From Utricularia gibba (taxonomy: Eukaryota > Plantae > Magnoliophyta), in contig NEEC01000002.1 of the NCBI GenBank assembly GCA_002189035.1, positions 5,394,001-5,458,000 of the forward strand: a stretch of 64,000 nt of DNA, read 5' to 3'. The notes below the pieces were generated by a model, which was not told the DNA's origin, ran no database searches, and worked only from the letters and a program-made list of their open reading frames with translations. Every line of letters begins with the position of its first letter. Position 1 is the stretch's first letter. Positions 12,294 to 26,409 of the stretch are shown here, in pieces. Position numbers and translations under genes: made by a program.

Positions 12294-13120
12294 ATTTTTC
12301 ATTCCTATTGATATTTAATTCATAAACAAATAAACCTTAAACTCAATTGGAGCTCTACCCTCAAAGCAAATGTAAAGATTCATTTTTTGTTGTTTTGGTT
12401 AAAATCCACTATTATGAGTGTTAATAGTTTTACTATATATGTTTTCATTTTGTTTTGCTCTATGAATATAATTTATGTAGTAGTTTTTATAGTAAAATAT
12501 TATATTTTCCATCTATAGTAAAGGATCATGATTATTTATATATTATCTTTTATGTTATTATTGTTGATTTTTTTTCTTGTCACCTTATTTATAATTATAT
12601 CCATGAAAAAGTGAAATGTTCAAAGTTTGTGAAATATGCAAGAATTGAAAATAAAATTAAACTTGACTTGGTTACCAAAAGTCATATAAAATGAGAATTT
12701 TAAAATGCCTTGGAATGAAGTTACACACGTGTTTAAACATATAAACACGTGTACCAAAGAGATCATAACCAGTACCAACGGTAACCAAAAGCAGCATCGA
12801 GAATCTGGGACAAAGGAAGACATGTCCAAAGTAATATTGTGGAATTTCTCTTACAGACAGTCAAGTTTTGACTAGTGAATGTTTAATGCACAAGAATAGG
12901 ATCATGCAGTGTAAGAAAAATATAGAAAAAATTAGCAAAATTAAGGTTCGAAAACAGCAGTGTGAAAAAGCATCTGTGACTTCTCCCATGTGTTCATGTA
13001 TCATATATCGTATAAATGCCTAGATAAGCAATCAAGGCTCCCCGGCTCATCCCTGTGTTGTGTTCCTACTGCAGAGGCATGTCTGGGAATAACAAGCTGC
13101 TGCTGCGACTGTGAGCATCT

Positions 13121-16100
13121 TCATCTAGACTTCTTGGTCATCTTCGGATTCTTGCACATCCTAATGCTCATTGGAGTGATCTCCACAAGCTCGTCTTCCT
13201 GGATGTACTCGATGCAGTCGTCGAGACTGTAATCCAGGGGAGTGTCCAGAATCACTGGAGATGCAGCGAGACACATTTGTCATGATGCGAACAGGAAGAG
13301 ATGGAAATGAGGGGTGGGGTGGGGGGGGGGTTTTCTCACCAGTTTGTTCTTTGTTCGACCGGATGTTTGTGGCTGCTTTTTTCTTGCACACATTCAAGGA
13401 TAAGTCTCCTGGGCGCTGGTGGATTCCTACAACTTGGCCTTTGTAGACGTCGACGCCTGGTCCGATGAACATCTGTCCTCTTTCTTGCGAGCTCGCCAGT
13501 GCATAGGACGTACTAGTGCCATCCTCAAAGGCAACCTTTAAGTGCAGAAAACAGGCAACATTATACATTTTTCTGGTGAGAGCTAAATATGAAGAGCCTC
13601 TTTGAAAACTGAAGTTGTGATATTGGGAAAGAGATTACCAGAGATCCCAGATCACGAGTACTTATATCTCCTGCCCAAGCTCCATACTCATCAAATATCG
13701 TATTGAGAATTGCGGTTCCTCGAGACACTGTCAGAATCGAATTACGGAGGCCAAGAAGGCCTCTAGTGGGAATCTTGTATTTCATCACGGTTGTGCCATC
13801 TGACCTGAAAATTATTCAGCAGTGATCAACAACTACGAACAGAGAGCTGACTGGTATTTTCTGTCAGATCGAGCATGAGAAATGGGTGTGGCATCTCAAG
13901 CATATGACATTCCTAAAGCACATGAATGGTAAATCATATCAACATAAATACATACCCTGTTCCTTGCATGTCTACCATCTGCCCACGCCGTCTGCCAAGA
14001 AGCTCAACAACAGAGCCCATGTATTCTTCTCGTACCTCTACAATGGCGATCTGAAAAGACACACACACCTTCATTAGGAGCGAATTTAAGGAAGTACAAA
14101 ATCATCATGTATTGCTCATCCCTGCAACTGTTGAAGTAATAGAAGCGACTGCTCAATTCCTTCTATACTGAGTCTACTATTTCTAACACTGAAAAGCCAA
14201 CTTACACATGAATTTGCCAGAATTGATAAAAGAAATTCAAAAAGCACCTCATACGGTTCGAGCAACTTATCACCAACTTGCTTGTTAATAACCTTTGGAG
14301 GGCCAACCATAAATTCATATCCTTCCCTACGCCTGAGAAGTAAGTTTCAAAACCATCACCTTTCACACATATGTTTTAAATTTTAAAGTGTTACAGAGAT
14401 TAATTAGACCTTACATATTCTCAATCAATATAGTGATATGTAGAGTACCACGCCCACTAACAATAAAAGTATCTGAAGTTTCACCATCCTCCACTTTCAT
14501 TGCCAAGTTCCTCTCAAGCTCACGGTAAAGGCGATCTCGGAGATTTCTACCAGTTACATACTTCCCCTGTATTTTGTTAAAAGAAAATGTTCACTGTGAA
14601 AACCATAAGAATGTCGAATCTGAGAACTAAAAGGAAAATGATACCTCACGTCCAACGAAAGGAGAAGTGTTAATAGAAAACGACATTCTCACAGTGGGCT
14701 CCTCCACCTTTATGGAGGGCAATGGCTTCCCAGAAGTTCGATCTGCAATTGTTTCTCCAATCTGCATGAGAAAGGGAGTGTTTATCGAGGCCTTAAAAAT
14801 GAGCAGTAACATTCATGATACATTATGAGTACCTGAATACCATCAATACCACAAACAGCACAAATATCGCCTGCCTCCACTATTTCTGCAGGAACCCTGC
14901 TAAATTTTTCATACACAAAAAGCTCGCTTACTCTGGCAAACCTGCATTCATCATCCGAGGAACAAACCTGGAAATATAAAAGCAAAAGTTGACGAAAATT
15001 CAAGCATCTTCCATGATCAATGTACATGACATGTACATTTCAAACGTACCCGCACATCCATTCCCTTTTTTAAAACCCCAGCATGCAAACGTCCAACAGC
15101 AATGCGCCCCTTGTGTTCATCATATTCAATGTTTGTTGCCTGCAGAAACTTTCCTTGAACAATAGCAGGAATGAAAGCGGCAGGAATGATTATTGCTTTT
15201 TTTAAGCAACTAAAATGTTATATTTTTCTTTCAAACAAACATTTATGTGTTGAATAAAATTTTCTGTGGGTACACAGCTTCGAGAAGCGGTGATTAAAAT
15301 TTTCTTTTAAAAGAAACCACCACTAACAAGCATTTGGAGAAGTCCATCCTTGGCAATTTTGGGACCAGGTATGCATCTGACAATGGCCTCAAACAGGGGC
15401 CCCAGATCACTAGCTAAATTTTCAGGTGAATGACCAGCCTTTCCATTGATTCCACTTGCATAAATAACTTGGAAATCACACTGTAGAAAAACCATTTAAG
15501 AATAAAAAAAATGTAGCAAGGATAAACTTTGAAATATGACAAAAATAATGTCCAAAAAATAAAAGGAGCTGGACTGTTTTCACAATATCTATAATATCCA
15601 TACCTGCTCATCAGTTGCATTTAACTCAATAAACAATTCAAAAGTTGCATTGATGACGTAATCAGGTCGAGCAGAAGGGCGGTCGATTTTATTGACAACA
15701 ACTACAACTGCATGGCCAAACTCAAGAGCTTTCTTCAAGACGAATCTAGTCTGAGGCATAGGACCCTCAACAGAGTCCACCTGAGAATGGTATTCATAGA
15801 TTGGTAAAATAATTAACACAACGAAGCACTTCACCTAGTAATGAATACAAACAGCATGATTCAACCATTCTAAACGAACATTTCGTGAATGCAAATAATA
15901 TGGTTGCACATGTGGAAATATACATCAAGTATTGGACAGAAAGCAGATCATACCACTAGAAGAACTCCTTCAACCATGTTAAGAATGCGCTCCACTTCAC
16001 CGCCGAAATCAGAGTGACCGGGAGTGTCAATGATATTTATTTTGGTATCATGGTAAGTAATAGATGTATTTTTGCTAAGAATTGTAATTCCCCTTTCACG

Positions 16101-17137
16101 CTCAAGATCATTCGAGTCCATGATCCTCTCTCGAATGAACTGGTTATCACGGAAAACCTGCATGATGAACATCAGGTAAAGAATAGTTGTAACTGTTAAA
16201 TACATATGATCCGCCAGAAACAATTTCTACGGTCACAAATAACAGCAAAACCATGTGAGAAAGCATCTTTCATCCATTTTTTCTTTTCCTTTATGAAGAA
16301 ATTTTTTTTAAGATTAAGAAATTAAGCCACCTTTGATTGCCTCAACATGGCATCCACCAAAGTGGTCTTTCCATGATCAACATGGGCAACAATGGCTATA
16401 TTGCGTACATCGTTTCTCCTAACCAATTGACTCTTCGTATCTGGCAAGGAAATGAACAGGACAAAAATGAGTAGCATTCCAATGCCCATAAAAAGGACTA
16501 ACAGACGAATAAAAAAGAAATCATTTATAATGCCATAGAAGTGGGATATTAGACAGCGTTAAGACCTTTACCATTACATAAAATGAATGGAACAGACCGA
16601 AATATGAGATAAAATGAATAGAGTCCCCAGTGACTGGAGACTCGCAGCTTGTGATTAGTGCTTCCGGAGACACTCCCGTCGACAGATTTCCATTCCAATT
16701 AGAAATTCAAATGCACAAATCAGAATCAATAGGGAACAACACAGTCAACTACATACACAAAGGATTCTCTTAACTGCGACGGTTGCAACAACTTTTAGGA
16801 AAATTATGTTTTTTGCCAACTGAACAGAAACATAAAAAGTAGACAGACCTCAAAAAATAGAAAGAAAAAATAACAGCAACGTAAGGATCAGCAAGTTACC
16901 AGTAGCACTCTCAGTGGCTTGGGAGACAGCGCATATGCTAGAACCCCGAAACGGGGTCCTAGAACACCGATAATAATTTTTCCTTATAGTCAAAGCACCA
17001 CCAAGAAAGGGTCTTTTCAGCCAGGAACTTGCAGAAATAGAGCGATATTTCTGGGGCTCCACAAAATTCGTAGAAGAAAGCTGAACTCTGTGAGCGGTGA
17101 AATTAGAAACAGGATGAGCACCAACAGCCATCTCCAT
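13121..17137 (-). CDS. TYPA: Plastid TypA/BipA translational GTPase (SVR3), 14 exons
   Basis: [53 protein letters not shown] and C-terminal [26 protein letters not shown] exons were chained by hand; transit-peptide-like exon 1. One +1 indel at 16349-16351. Confidence 0.96.
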
Positions 17138-17364
17138 CGCTCTTGTCGCTCGCCCTCCTCAGAAATTTGACCGGTGGAGAGCGAAGCGAAAGAGGAGATG
17201 AAGAATGAGGCTGTTTGGCTGAAGTTGAAGTGAGAGGCTGTTATATCTCCTGGAAGAGTAGCGCAAAAGATGATGCCATGAAACTCGTACGCAAAATTGC
17301 GAACGGCAAGTGACGGAAACAGTACAAAAAAAAAAGAAAATCAAAATTGATAATAAAATTAATA

Positions 17365-17430
17365 TGGGCCCACATTTGGGTCCCGTATACCAGCTTTACT
17401 AATTGGGCCAAATTGAAATGAACCGGGCTT
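17365..17430. promoter_or_regulatory. Site II (TGGGCY) motifs in the TypA proximal promoter
   Basis: TGGGCC at about 17366 and 17404, ~230-270 bp upstream of the TypA ATG. Confidence 0.5.
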
Positions 17431-18031
17431 CTTTTAACCTCGTAGTTGGCTGTTCACAACCCTCAACTCAAAAATTTTCCAACAAGTAAATAAGAAAATT
17501 ACATTTAAAATATGATTTTAAACTATGCAAATGACTTTAAATTAAAATATTATATTCAATAGATAAATTATAGTTTTAAACTTGTCAACATTTTAGAAAA
17601 CACTTATTTTCAAAAATTTTAACCTAACTATTTTAAGAAAATTAATTAAAACAGTTTGATTCTAAATGAATAAATCCTTTTTCTTTAATTCTATCATGAT
17701 TTCAATTTGATCCACATTTAATCACAATTTTAATTTTTCTTGTAATTTGATTAAAAAAATATTAATTATGTACCATACAGAATAATTTATTTGAAGACCA
17801 AGCATCAAACCCGTAAAATTGTATTACTTATCAAGAATATGATGAAATGTATTAAATATTTTTTTAAGATAAAATTTATTTATTGTCCATATTAAAACAG
17901 TTGAATGAAAAAAAAAGAGAGTAAAATGTGAAATAAATCATGATATTGCAGAAATAGCTTTATGCTATATTTTTTTGGTGTCCATAAAAGAAGGAAACCT
18001 TTTTCTTGACACTGTAGTAATCCGGTGGGGT

Positions 18032-18040
18032 ACACGTGTC
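18032..18040 (+). promoter_or_regulatory. ABRE/G-box ACACGTGTC upstream of the remorin
   Basis: Perfect ABRE core ~150 bp upstream of ATG 18184. Group-4 remorins are reported to be ABA-responsive (from memory). Confidence 0.5.
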
Positions 18041-18183
18041 GCGAGTAGATTGCTTGCGTAAGAAAGGATGGATCACTGATACCTTCCTTTAATGAACATG
18101 GATTGGGAGTACTGACGGTGATCGATTTCTACTTCCTTCCCTTTTCTACACACGACTGCACCCATTTCCAGAGGCCCACCAAA

Positions 18184-18935
18184 ATGTCAAGCGATGATCA
18201 GAGGGCGCTTGCTCCGGCAGCCCATTGGGGGGAGGAGGAGGACATCAGGGACATCCATGCGCTATCGCCCCCGCCTCCTCGGATTACAGCGTCGCCGTCC
18301 TCGTCCACCGATGGGACGGAGGATTTCAGCACGTTGAGTAGGGAGTTCAGCGCTTTGGTGGTCGCCGGAGCCGCCATGGGTGAGAATAATTTGGAGGTAA
18401 TTGGGGAGGAGGAGGTGGGTGTGATCGTGGCGGGTCCGTTGGAAACGGAACAGCGCGGCGGGGAAGCGGTGGTGGAGTTGGCGAAGAGGGGGGAGATTGA
18501 AGGGAGGATAAAGGCGTGGGAGAATTCCAAGGTCTCCAAGATCAATAACAGGTTCAGGTGTGAACAGGCCATCATCAAGGGATGGGAAGATGATCAAATT
18601 GACAAAGCCACCTCAAAGATGAAGAAATTCCAGGTCATCATTCCTTTTTATTATTTTCAAAAATATCTATTAATTTATCTAGGGTAACTGAATGAGAGAA
18701 ATTAAAGCGACATTCTGATTTGCGTGTCTTCTGAAAATGGCAGAGGAAGCTGGAGGACAAGAGAGCGAAAGCTGAAGAAAAAATGCATAACGAGATTGCA
18801 AAAGCTCGTAGAAAAGCAGAGGAAAGAAGAGCTCGTGCTGAAGCCCAGAGAGGCACTCAAGTTGCACAGATACTGCATAAGGGAACTTTGATGAGGGCAC
18901 TCGGGAGGCTTCCACTCAAACGGTCCTTCTTCTGA
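18184..18935 (+). CDS. Remorin, group 4 (REM4.1-like), 2 exons (18184-18633, 18744-18935)
   Basis: FSTLSREFSALVVAG N-terminal motif; Remorin_C IKAWENSKVSKINNRF..EQAIIKGWEDDQ...RKLEDKRAKAEEKMHNEIAKARRKAEERRA; ends LPLKRSFF*. Confidence 0.92.
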
Positions 18936-20422
18936 ACCAGTCAGTTTTCTTTCCATGCATAGCTTGCTTGCTCGGTCTCTTGGTTGCATACATTTTGTAT
19001 ACGCCTTGCCCACATGATCTGGTAAACAAAGGTAGCAAAACAGTGTCTTTGGCAAACCTGCTTGGGATAATGTGAAGGCTAATATTAGGGTTCTTAGGAT
19101 TCGAGCTCTGGTAGACCGAAATCAGAATGCTTCGTGAAAACTAAGGCCAGGGTTGATAAATCATGGAATTTGGGACCGGGAATCATAGGCTACTACTGTT
19201 CTCTTCGCATTTAGCAAGCTACTGCACATCCCCTTCTCCAACTCAGACTACCTAGAAACTCGTAAGGGCTCAAAATGCCAATGTTTTGTTACTATATTTT
19301 TATCCAAAGTCCCTCTAAGTTCAATCACACGCATGAATCTGTTGTAAATCGAACACACAGAAAAAAGACCTCACGCATGTAAACATGATGTTCTAAAGGA
19401 TTTCACGATCCCTTAGGATTCAATAGGACTTTCGAGAACTGATCTTTTCGGTCTCAAAAATCAGTCGAATATATACGTTAATCCTAATGGGCTCGAGACA
19501 AAAAAACGGAGCAAAACGTGGGCTCGGGTTTTGGGTCTCTTCAGGAGCCCAACCCGATCTAACAAATTAAGACCTTACATGCGCGTGAGGCCCAATTTAC
19601 TTTCAAACCCATCATAAGTATTGGTTTAACTCCCTATATAAACTAGTTGAACACATATTCAAATAGCAATGTGGAATAGAGTATCTCTTCTCCAATACAC
19701 ATTATTCCAACAGAATTTAGAAAACTCCAACAATGTGGAAGCGTGAAAACTCCAGGCTCTGTGCAACTACCCAAAGTCAATCCACCAACGCAAAACCCTT
19801 CCAATGGCGCCCCAAAGTTGCAGTTCATGTTGCCATGGCGAGTGAGAAAGGAGGATCCAACAATGTGGAAACACAGTGTGTTGAAAAAATGATGAAAAAG
19901 AGGATGACCTTGCAGAATTTGTGTTTCCTTCATGGAAGAGCTTGGCGGAATAGCAAACGCCTGCGTCCCATGAATGCCACTGCCCTTCCACAAGAGCTTT
20001 CTACGATGCTGAGCCAAATGATAAATATTCGAACAAATGCATGTCATCGGACAAGACTTATGATGTTATCATGAAGTAACATTGTTCCAGATGGGACATT
20101 AAAAACTTGAAATTTATGCTATTAATTTTTTCAATTAATAAATTACGAGATAATTGTATATATAATTTATACTGTTTAACTAAAATAATATAATTGATTC
20201 ATAAAACATTATTTTCATTTACGCAATTATGTATAATCGATTCCTTGCTATTTGTAAAACGGAACAAAAATGATTGTCGCTGGTTTCAATTATAATTAAA
20301 TTTCAATTCTCAATTTAAAATTTTAATTTTCCCCAGTATAATTTATTATCATTATCCACCGCCGCACACCTATCTGCCCGCCCGCCACACGCCCAACTCC
20401 TACCCATCGGCTGAGTGCCCGC

Positions 20423-21018
20423 TAGACCTGGGCACGGGTCGCAACTTGCAGAATAATGAGTCGGACTCGTTGAGTCATGCCTCTATTACCGGTTCAAGAG
20501 TCGACGAGTTTACAGGTTTTGATCCCCAACTTGTATCGTACTCGAGTTGACTTGCTACCCATCGACTCATCGAGTTGCCTCGAGTATGGACTCGTCAACT
20601 CGCATCTTATCTTATTTTTTTAAATAATTATTTTATTTTTCAGTTACTGTTTTGTTATATAGTAATGTTTTTATTTGTATATGATCTATTTAATTATTAA
20701 ATATTCGATTTCAAAAAATGTAATAAAGTTTTTCTTCATCTTTTATGATATTTGAGACTAGCATTATATAATATAAGTAAAATTAATTAGTATCAAATTA
20801 TTAATATTAAATAAAAAATATATAAAATCTAAATTAAGAAATGAATAATCTGGAGTACAAATCATTCATTTTTTCACGAATTAATCGAGTAACTCGTCGA
20901 ATTAAAAATCACCGACTTGATTCGTACTTGTTTTTCATGAGTACGAGTAACTTATACCCATGTTATACGGGTCGACTCGTGCCTAACCCGAGTTGACCCG
21001 TATCCATGCCTAGGTCTA
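20423..21018. mobile_element. hAT-family MITE, 596 bp
   Basis: TIRs TAGACCTGGGCACG / CATGCCTAGGTCTA, perfect 8-bp TSD GTGCCCGC (20415-20422, 21019-21026), and clustered GACTCG/CGAGT subterminal motifs at both ends. Confidence 0.93.
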
Positions 21019-22565
21019 GTGCCCGCCCCCCATCCACATTGAAAATAGTAGTAACCGTTTTTGTCTAATTTTGAAATAATAAAAAAATTAATTATATGTA
21101 ATTTTTAAATAATAAGAATGAAAATACTATTTTTCGTAAGAATGGAAATCAGAGGGATGAGTTGGATTATCCGGTCCAATCCACTCGGTTGAATCATATA
21201 TAGTTTATACAATTTGTTATTTGAATTGCATTTGGATTTAAATTCTATGATTCAAATTAGTTTGGGATCAATTTTTGATTAATAGAGAATTGATCCATTT
21301 ATGTTTTAATTATATTAATATATAAATAAATATTTAATTATTGTGATAAAAAATATTTTTAAATATTTTTTTGAATTAATAAATATAAAAAATAAATCAA
21401 TTATTAATTTTAGATTTTAATTATTTTTTTACATCAAATCAATAATAATAAAAAAATGATTTTTTTAACCAATGTAAAGATTACTTTAATGATAGAATAC
21501 ATTTTTCTTTTGTTTTTGATATTTCATAATTACTCAGTAAAAAAAAATCAGATTATTAGATTTGGATATTGTTTCAATCATATTTTTCGAATTTGTTACG
21601 GTTTTCATTTAAGAATTTTTGTTTGGTTTTGGATCGGTTTTGAATCTAATTATCTCTTTTGAATTGATTTTAGATTTAGTTCAACTCAATCTTGTCTAAT
21701 TCATTTGATTATTTCTATTATGTAATAAATACACAATAGTTGTGTAATTATTACACATTTTACAAAAAACAATTATCAATAAAAATAATAGGATAAACAA
21801 TTATGGTAAGAAAGTAAAAACAATATGATCAGAATTACAATTGCACTTTTTAAACTTGTTACAGGGTCAGAGTTGTTTGAGGAACTTTCTTCAAGACTTG
21901 TGGTGTAACGATTCGGCTTTTTAGAAATCTGGTCATAGATGCTCTCACACAATATAGAGTGACCAGATTTTTCATATAGTAGAGAGAGAGTGGCCAGATT
22001 TATAAATATCTCTTATGTAATATCGTTTGTTTCGGATATTCAAATCTTATGATTTATGTTTTTTTTTCATTTTTTGTTTATCTCCTCATAAGGTCATTAA
22101 TTTTTAAATTAATTTAAATTAAATACATTTATCTTTAAAAGTTTTTATCAAAAAACTTTCATAAATAAAAACATTGTGCAAAATTTACATGATTATTGTA
22201 GCTAATCTCATAATCTACTACATTCTACTGGACATCAAATTGCACGATCTGACCCACTAAATTAGCCCATGCACATGGCTCCATTCTTTGAATCCTCTAG
22301 CAGATAGAGTCACCCCCGACCCAGCTTCTCTTGTCTTCTTACATGACACTTGATTGGAGCTGTTTTTCTTGTTTTTAATGTATTTTGTTTATAAATTGAA
22401 ATTGGCTTATCGAGATCTCAATTTGTATTCCCTTCCCTTCTTCCCTCTCTCTACTTTCTTGCATTTTGAGTTGGTTGCGATTCTGAGAGAATCTGCTTGA
22501 TTTGATTCCCTCTGGGGTTATCGCACTGGTTGTTCAGACTCAAGTTCAGTTGTGTGGATTGCGCA

Positions 22566-25500
22566 ATGAGTTCTAAGAAATCAGGGAAATCGATAAAGCC
22601 TCCTTCCTCCTCATCCCGCGCTTCCTCCATTTCATCGCCGTCTTCTTCACTCTCATCTCACCTGGCCACCGTCGAGCTAAAGCAGAAAATCCTCAATTCT
22701 CTGTCGAAACTCGCCGACAGAGACACTCATCAGATTGCCGTCGAGGACCTGGAGAAGATCGTGCAGTCCCTCACAAGCGATGGCGTCTCAATGTTTCTCA
22801 ACAGCCTCTACGACGCCGTCAATGACCCTAAGCCCGCCGTCAAGAAAGAGGGCCTCCGCTTGTTCGCATTGCTGTGTACTGCCCACATTGACACTGCCGC
22901 CGCCCATCTCACAAAAATTATTGCCCAAATTGTCAAGAGACTTAGGGATACTGATTCCCAGGTCCGCGATGCGTGCGTCGATGCTATTGGCTCGCTTTCG
23001 GGACTATACTTGAAGGACGCTTCTGGGGGAGACAGTTTGGTTTCTCTATTCGTTAAGCCTTTATTAGAGGCTATGAGTGAGAACAACAAAGCCGCTCAAG
23101 GTGGGGCGGCTTTGGGTTTAGCTAAATTGGTTGAATGTGCTGCCGACCCTCCCTTGCATACTTTTCAGAAGCTTCTTCCGAGGGTATGCAAGTACTTGAA
23201 TAGTCCCAATTACATGGCCAAGGCTTCGCTTTTGCAAGTTGTATCGAGCTTGTCACAGGTTGGGTTCAAACACTTCTTTGGATATCACGTTATTTTCAAT
23301 GGATATCTAAAGGCCATTGTGGTTTTTTTAAATCTCTTTCCAAATGGTTTAATTTGACTCCTGGTTTTAGTACCTTTGGAATCAGTGTTAATTTCAGCTG
23401 AATGCTTGAGGATTGCTATGCAGTATGGTGACCAAACGAGATTTAGGTTTTACACGAGGGATATATTTTTCTTCCTGTGCCTTTTCGTATGGTTGATTGG
23501 ATTTAAGTGAGTTGTTGAACTGACGCAGGTAGGAGCAGTCACACCCCAAAGCTTTGAACCGCTGCAGCAGAGTATCCATGCGTGTCTTAATAGTTCAGAT
23601 TGGGCAACTCGAAAGGCAGCAGCTGAGACACTAATTGTTTTAGGATTAAAAACAACCACCATAACTGAAGAAGCAGCTGCTTCCACTTTGAAAGTTCTTG
23701 AGGCGTGCCGCTTTGACAAGGTAGCATCCAAAATCAAGTTTTATATGTGATTCCCATGATATTGACCTATGTTGTTGAATTAAGGAGCTTTATGTCAACA
23801 TGCATTTTTCTAGATAAAACCCGTTCGGGATGCTATGTGTGAAGCTTTGCATCTCTGGAAGAAAATTGCTGGAAAGGCAGAAGGTTCTTCTGATGAACAT
23901 AAATGTTCTTCTCGAGGTGGGTTTAATCGAAATATTTATCATTTCAATTCCAAACTACAGTTTTTCAATGCTCTGTTAACTCCCTCATCTGACATCAACC
24001 GCACCCCCTTTTGAAGATGGCAATACTTCTGTGTCTGCTGATTCATCATATAGAAAGGATCTTCCAAATTTTTGTGATGGAGAAAATGACAAGCATATGA
24101 AGAGTTCAGCTTGTGCACTCTCACCTTCAGATCCCTGCTTTAGTGGCAAGGGTAACAATATTTTGGACAAGGCTTTTGGGATACTAAAGAAGAAAGCACC
24201 CACTTTAAGTGACAGAGAATTGAACCCCGAGTTTTTTCAAAAACTAGAAACTAGAGTTTCAGATGATTTGCCCGTTGAAGTGATTCTTCCCCGTCGAGGG
24301 GCAAATGCCTTGAGTTCTGAAGTGCTGAAAGGGTCAGGATCCAGTGCAGCTCAAAATGAGAGTACTAGCTTTAGCGCCGATGCTTTTGATGAACCCCATA
24401 AAACAGGACATGACAGCACCAATACAAGAACTTCTGGTGATCATGCTGATTATGGTAATAAGGAGCCAGCAACTGTTTATAAAGATTTTTCTAGAAGCAC
24501 AAGTCAGTCTGAAGAATATGTGAATAACAAAGGATATGGCTTAGCCATCCAGAGACAATTATCTCTACTTGAGAGACAACAGGCTCATCTCATGAATATG
24601 CTGCAGGTGACCATTGCTATTTTCTTACACTGCTTCTTGATACTTGAATCTTTTTAATTGATGGATTGGTTCATTTTTCAGGACTATATGGGTGGGTCTC
24701 ATGATAGTATGGTGACCTTAGAAAACCGAGTGCGTGGGCTTGAGAGAGTTGTCGAAGAGATGGTACGAGATTTATCTGTCTCATCTAGTAAGAGAGGTGG
24801 CAGCTGTTCTTTGGCTGGTGTTGATGGATCTTCTAGTAGGTACCACGGCAGGTATAATTGCTTTCCTGATTTTCCCAGTTCCAAGTTCGGAAGAGGCAGT
24901 GATACCCGCATCAACTTTGGTGAGAGGTTCCCTAGGGGACCTTGTTGGAGGCCTGATGCATCGAACTCTTGGAATTTCCATGCATATGGTAGAAATGGAA
25001 CTACAGGCTCAAGGAGAGATGGTGCTCTTGTAGATATCAGGTCTGGCGACCCAGAGAATGAGGCTGACCATGCTGGCAGCAAAAGAGCATGTGAAAAGGG
25101 AGGAGGGCCAATCAGGTTTGGCGAGGGACCTTCTGCAAGAAGCGTATGGCAAGCGTCTAAAGATGAAGCAACCTTGGAAGCCATCCGAGTTGCTGGTGAA
25201 GAAAATGGCGTAAGTCGAGGTGCACGTGTGGGGATCCCTGAAATGACAGCTGAAGCACTAGGGGATGATGGATCCATTCAAGATCGGAACCCAGTTTGGA
25301 ATGCTTGGAGCAATGCTATGGACGCACTACATGCTGGTGATCTTGATGCTGCTTTTGCTGAGGTCTTGTCAACTGGAGATGATGCACTGCTTGTAAAACT
25401 TATGGACAGATCAGGACCTGTTATGGATCAGCTCTCGCATGAGATAGCAAGTGAAGTGGTGGGTGCTATTTCACAATTACTCATGGACCAGAATTTCTTT

Positions 25501-25801
25501 GATACATGTCTGAGTTGGGCCCAACAGGTATGTGATGCAGTTCTTTTCAATGTGCTTGCATGTTACCTTTTGACATTCTGTTTATTTTGTTCATTTCTCT
25601 CAGCTTGCGGATATTGCGATTGAAAATGGCCCTGATGCATTTGGCATCCCCATGGAAATCAAAAGGGACATTTTGCTGAATTTGCATGATTCATCTTCTT
25701 CAGTTGAGCTTCCTGAGGACTGGGAAGGACCAGCTTCAGATCAAGTGCTGGTTCAGCTAGCATCTGCATGGGAAATTAATCTGCAAGAGCTTTTGACATA
25801 A
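22566..25801 (+). CDS. TOR1: TORTIFOLIA1/SPIRAL2 microtubule-associated HEAT-repeat protein, 6 exons
   Basis: SSHLATVELKQKILNSLSKLADRDTHQIAVEDLE, DWATRKAAAE, CRFDK|IKPVRD, IQRQLSLLERQQ, EGPSARSVWQASKDEATLEAIRVA. All exons are in frame to TAA at 25799-25801. Confidence 0.95.
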
Positions 25802-26409
25802 CAATCTAGATTTCCTTTGGGCTTTATACTCGTTGCACTCTCTTCTAGTTCCAGTCACTGCTGCGCTTGATGATTGAAGAGAATTTTCATTTCCCTGAAT
25901 TTAATGGAACCCCGTGAATTGATTTTGCACTTCCTTTGGCTGTCACCTTGATTATGTTTCACTTGTGAATTTACATTATCTTTGGTATTCGATAATTGTA
26001 AGGATTTTAGAGAAATGTTTTATAGGCAATTTCAAGTATGAAATATATTATTTATTGTTGGATTAAATTATCAGAGATCTGATATTGTTGAAATATCATG
26101 CTAAGTAATTATTTTTCCATATTTTTAGTAAAATATCAAATCACATTCGTTTAAATAATTTTAAATCAAACATATAATTTAAAAATCAAGCCTTATTTTA
26201 TTTATAAATAACAATTAAATCAATTTTTTTTCTATTTTTCATTTGAAATTGAACATACCTTTACCAGATTTGACTTCTACAACACGCAAAGTATCTCAAT
26301 TTTCACATTTTCAGGAATATCTTTTTTTGTATAGCTATTAATGTTTGTTTGATTTAAGAAAAGACAATTCTGTCCAAACCGAACTCTTGTTTTTTTAGTT
26401 AAATTTTCC

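Noticed and set aside
19120-19445. C/D-box snoRNA candidates (ATGATG...CTGA on plus; GTGATTG...CTGA on minus)
   Set aside because: The C boxes are non-canonical, terminal stems are missing, and I could not match the guides to rRNA or snRNA.
21131-21716. Possible second hAT-type MITE
   Set aside because: The termini match only about 8/11 and there is no TSD.
22808-25277. Long antisense ORFs within TOR1 (similar ones occur in remorin, RH32, DUF688 and the RLK)
   Set aside because: These are expected shadows of real coding exons, with no independent motifs.
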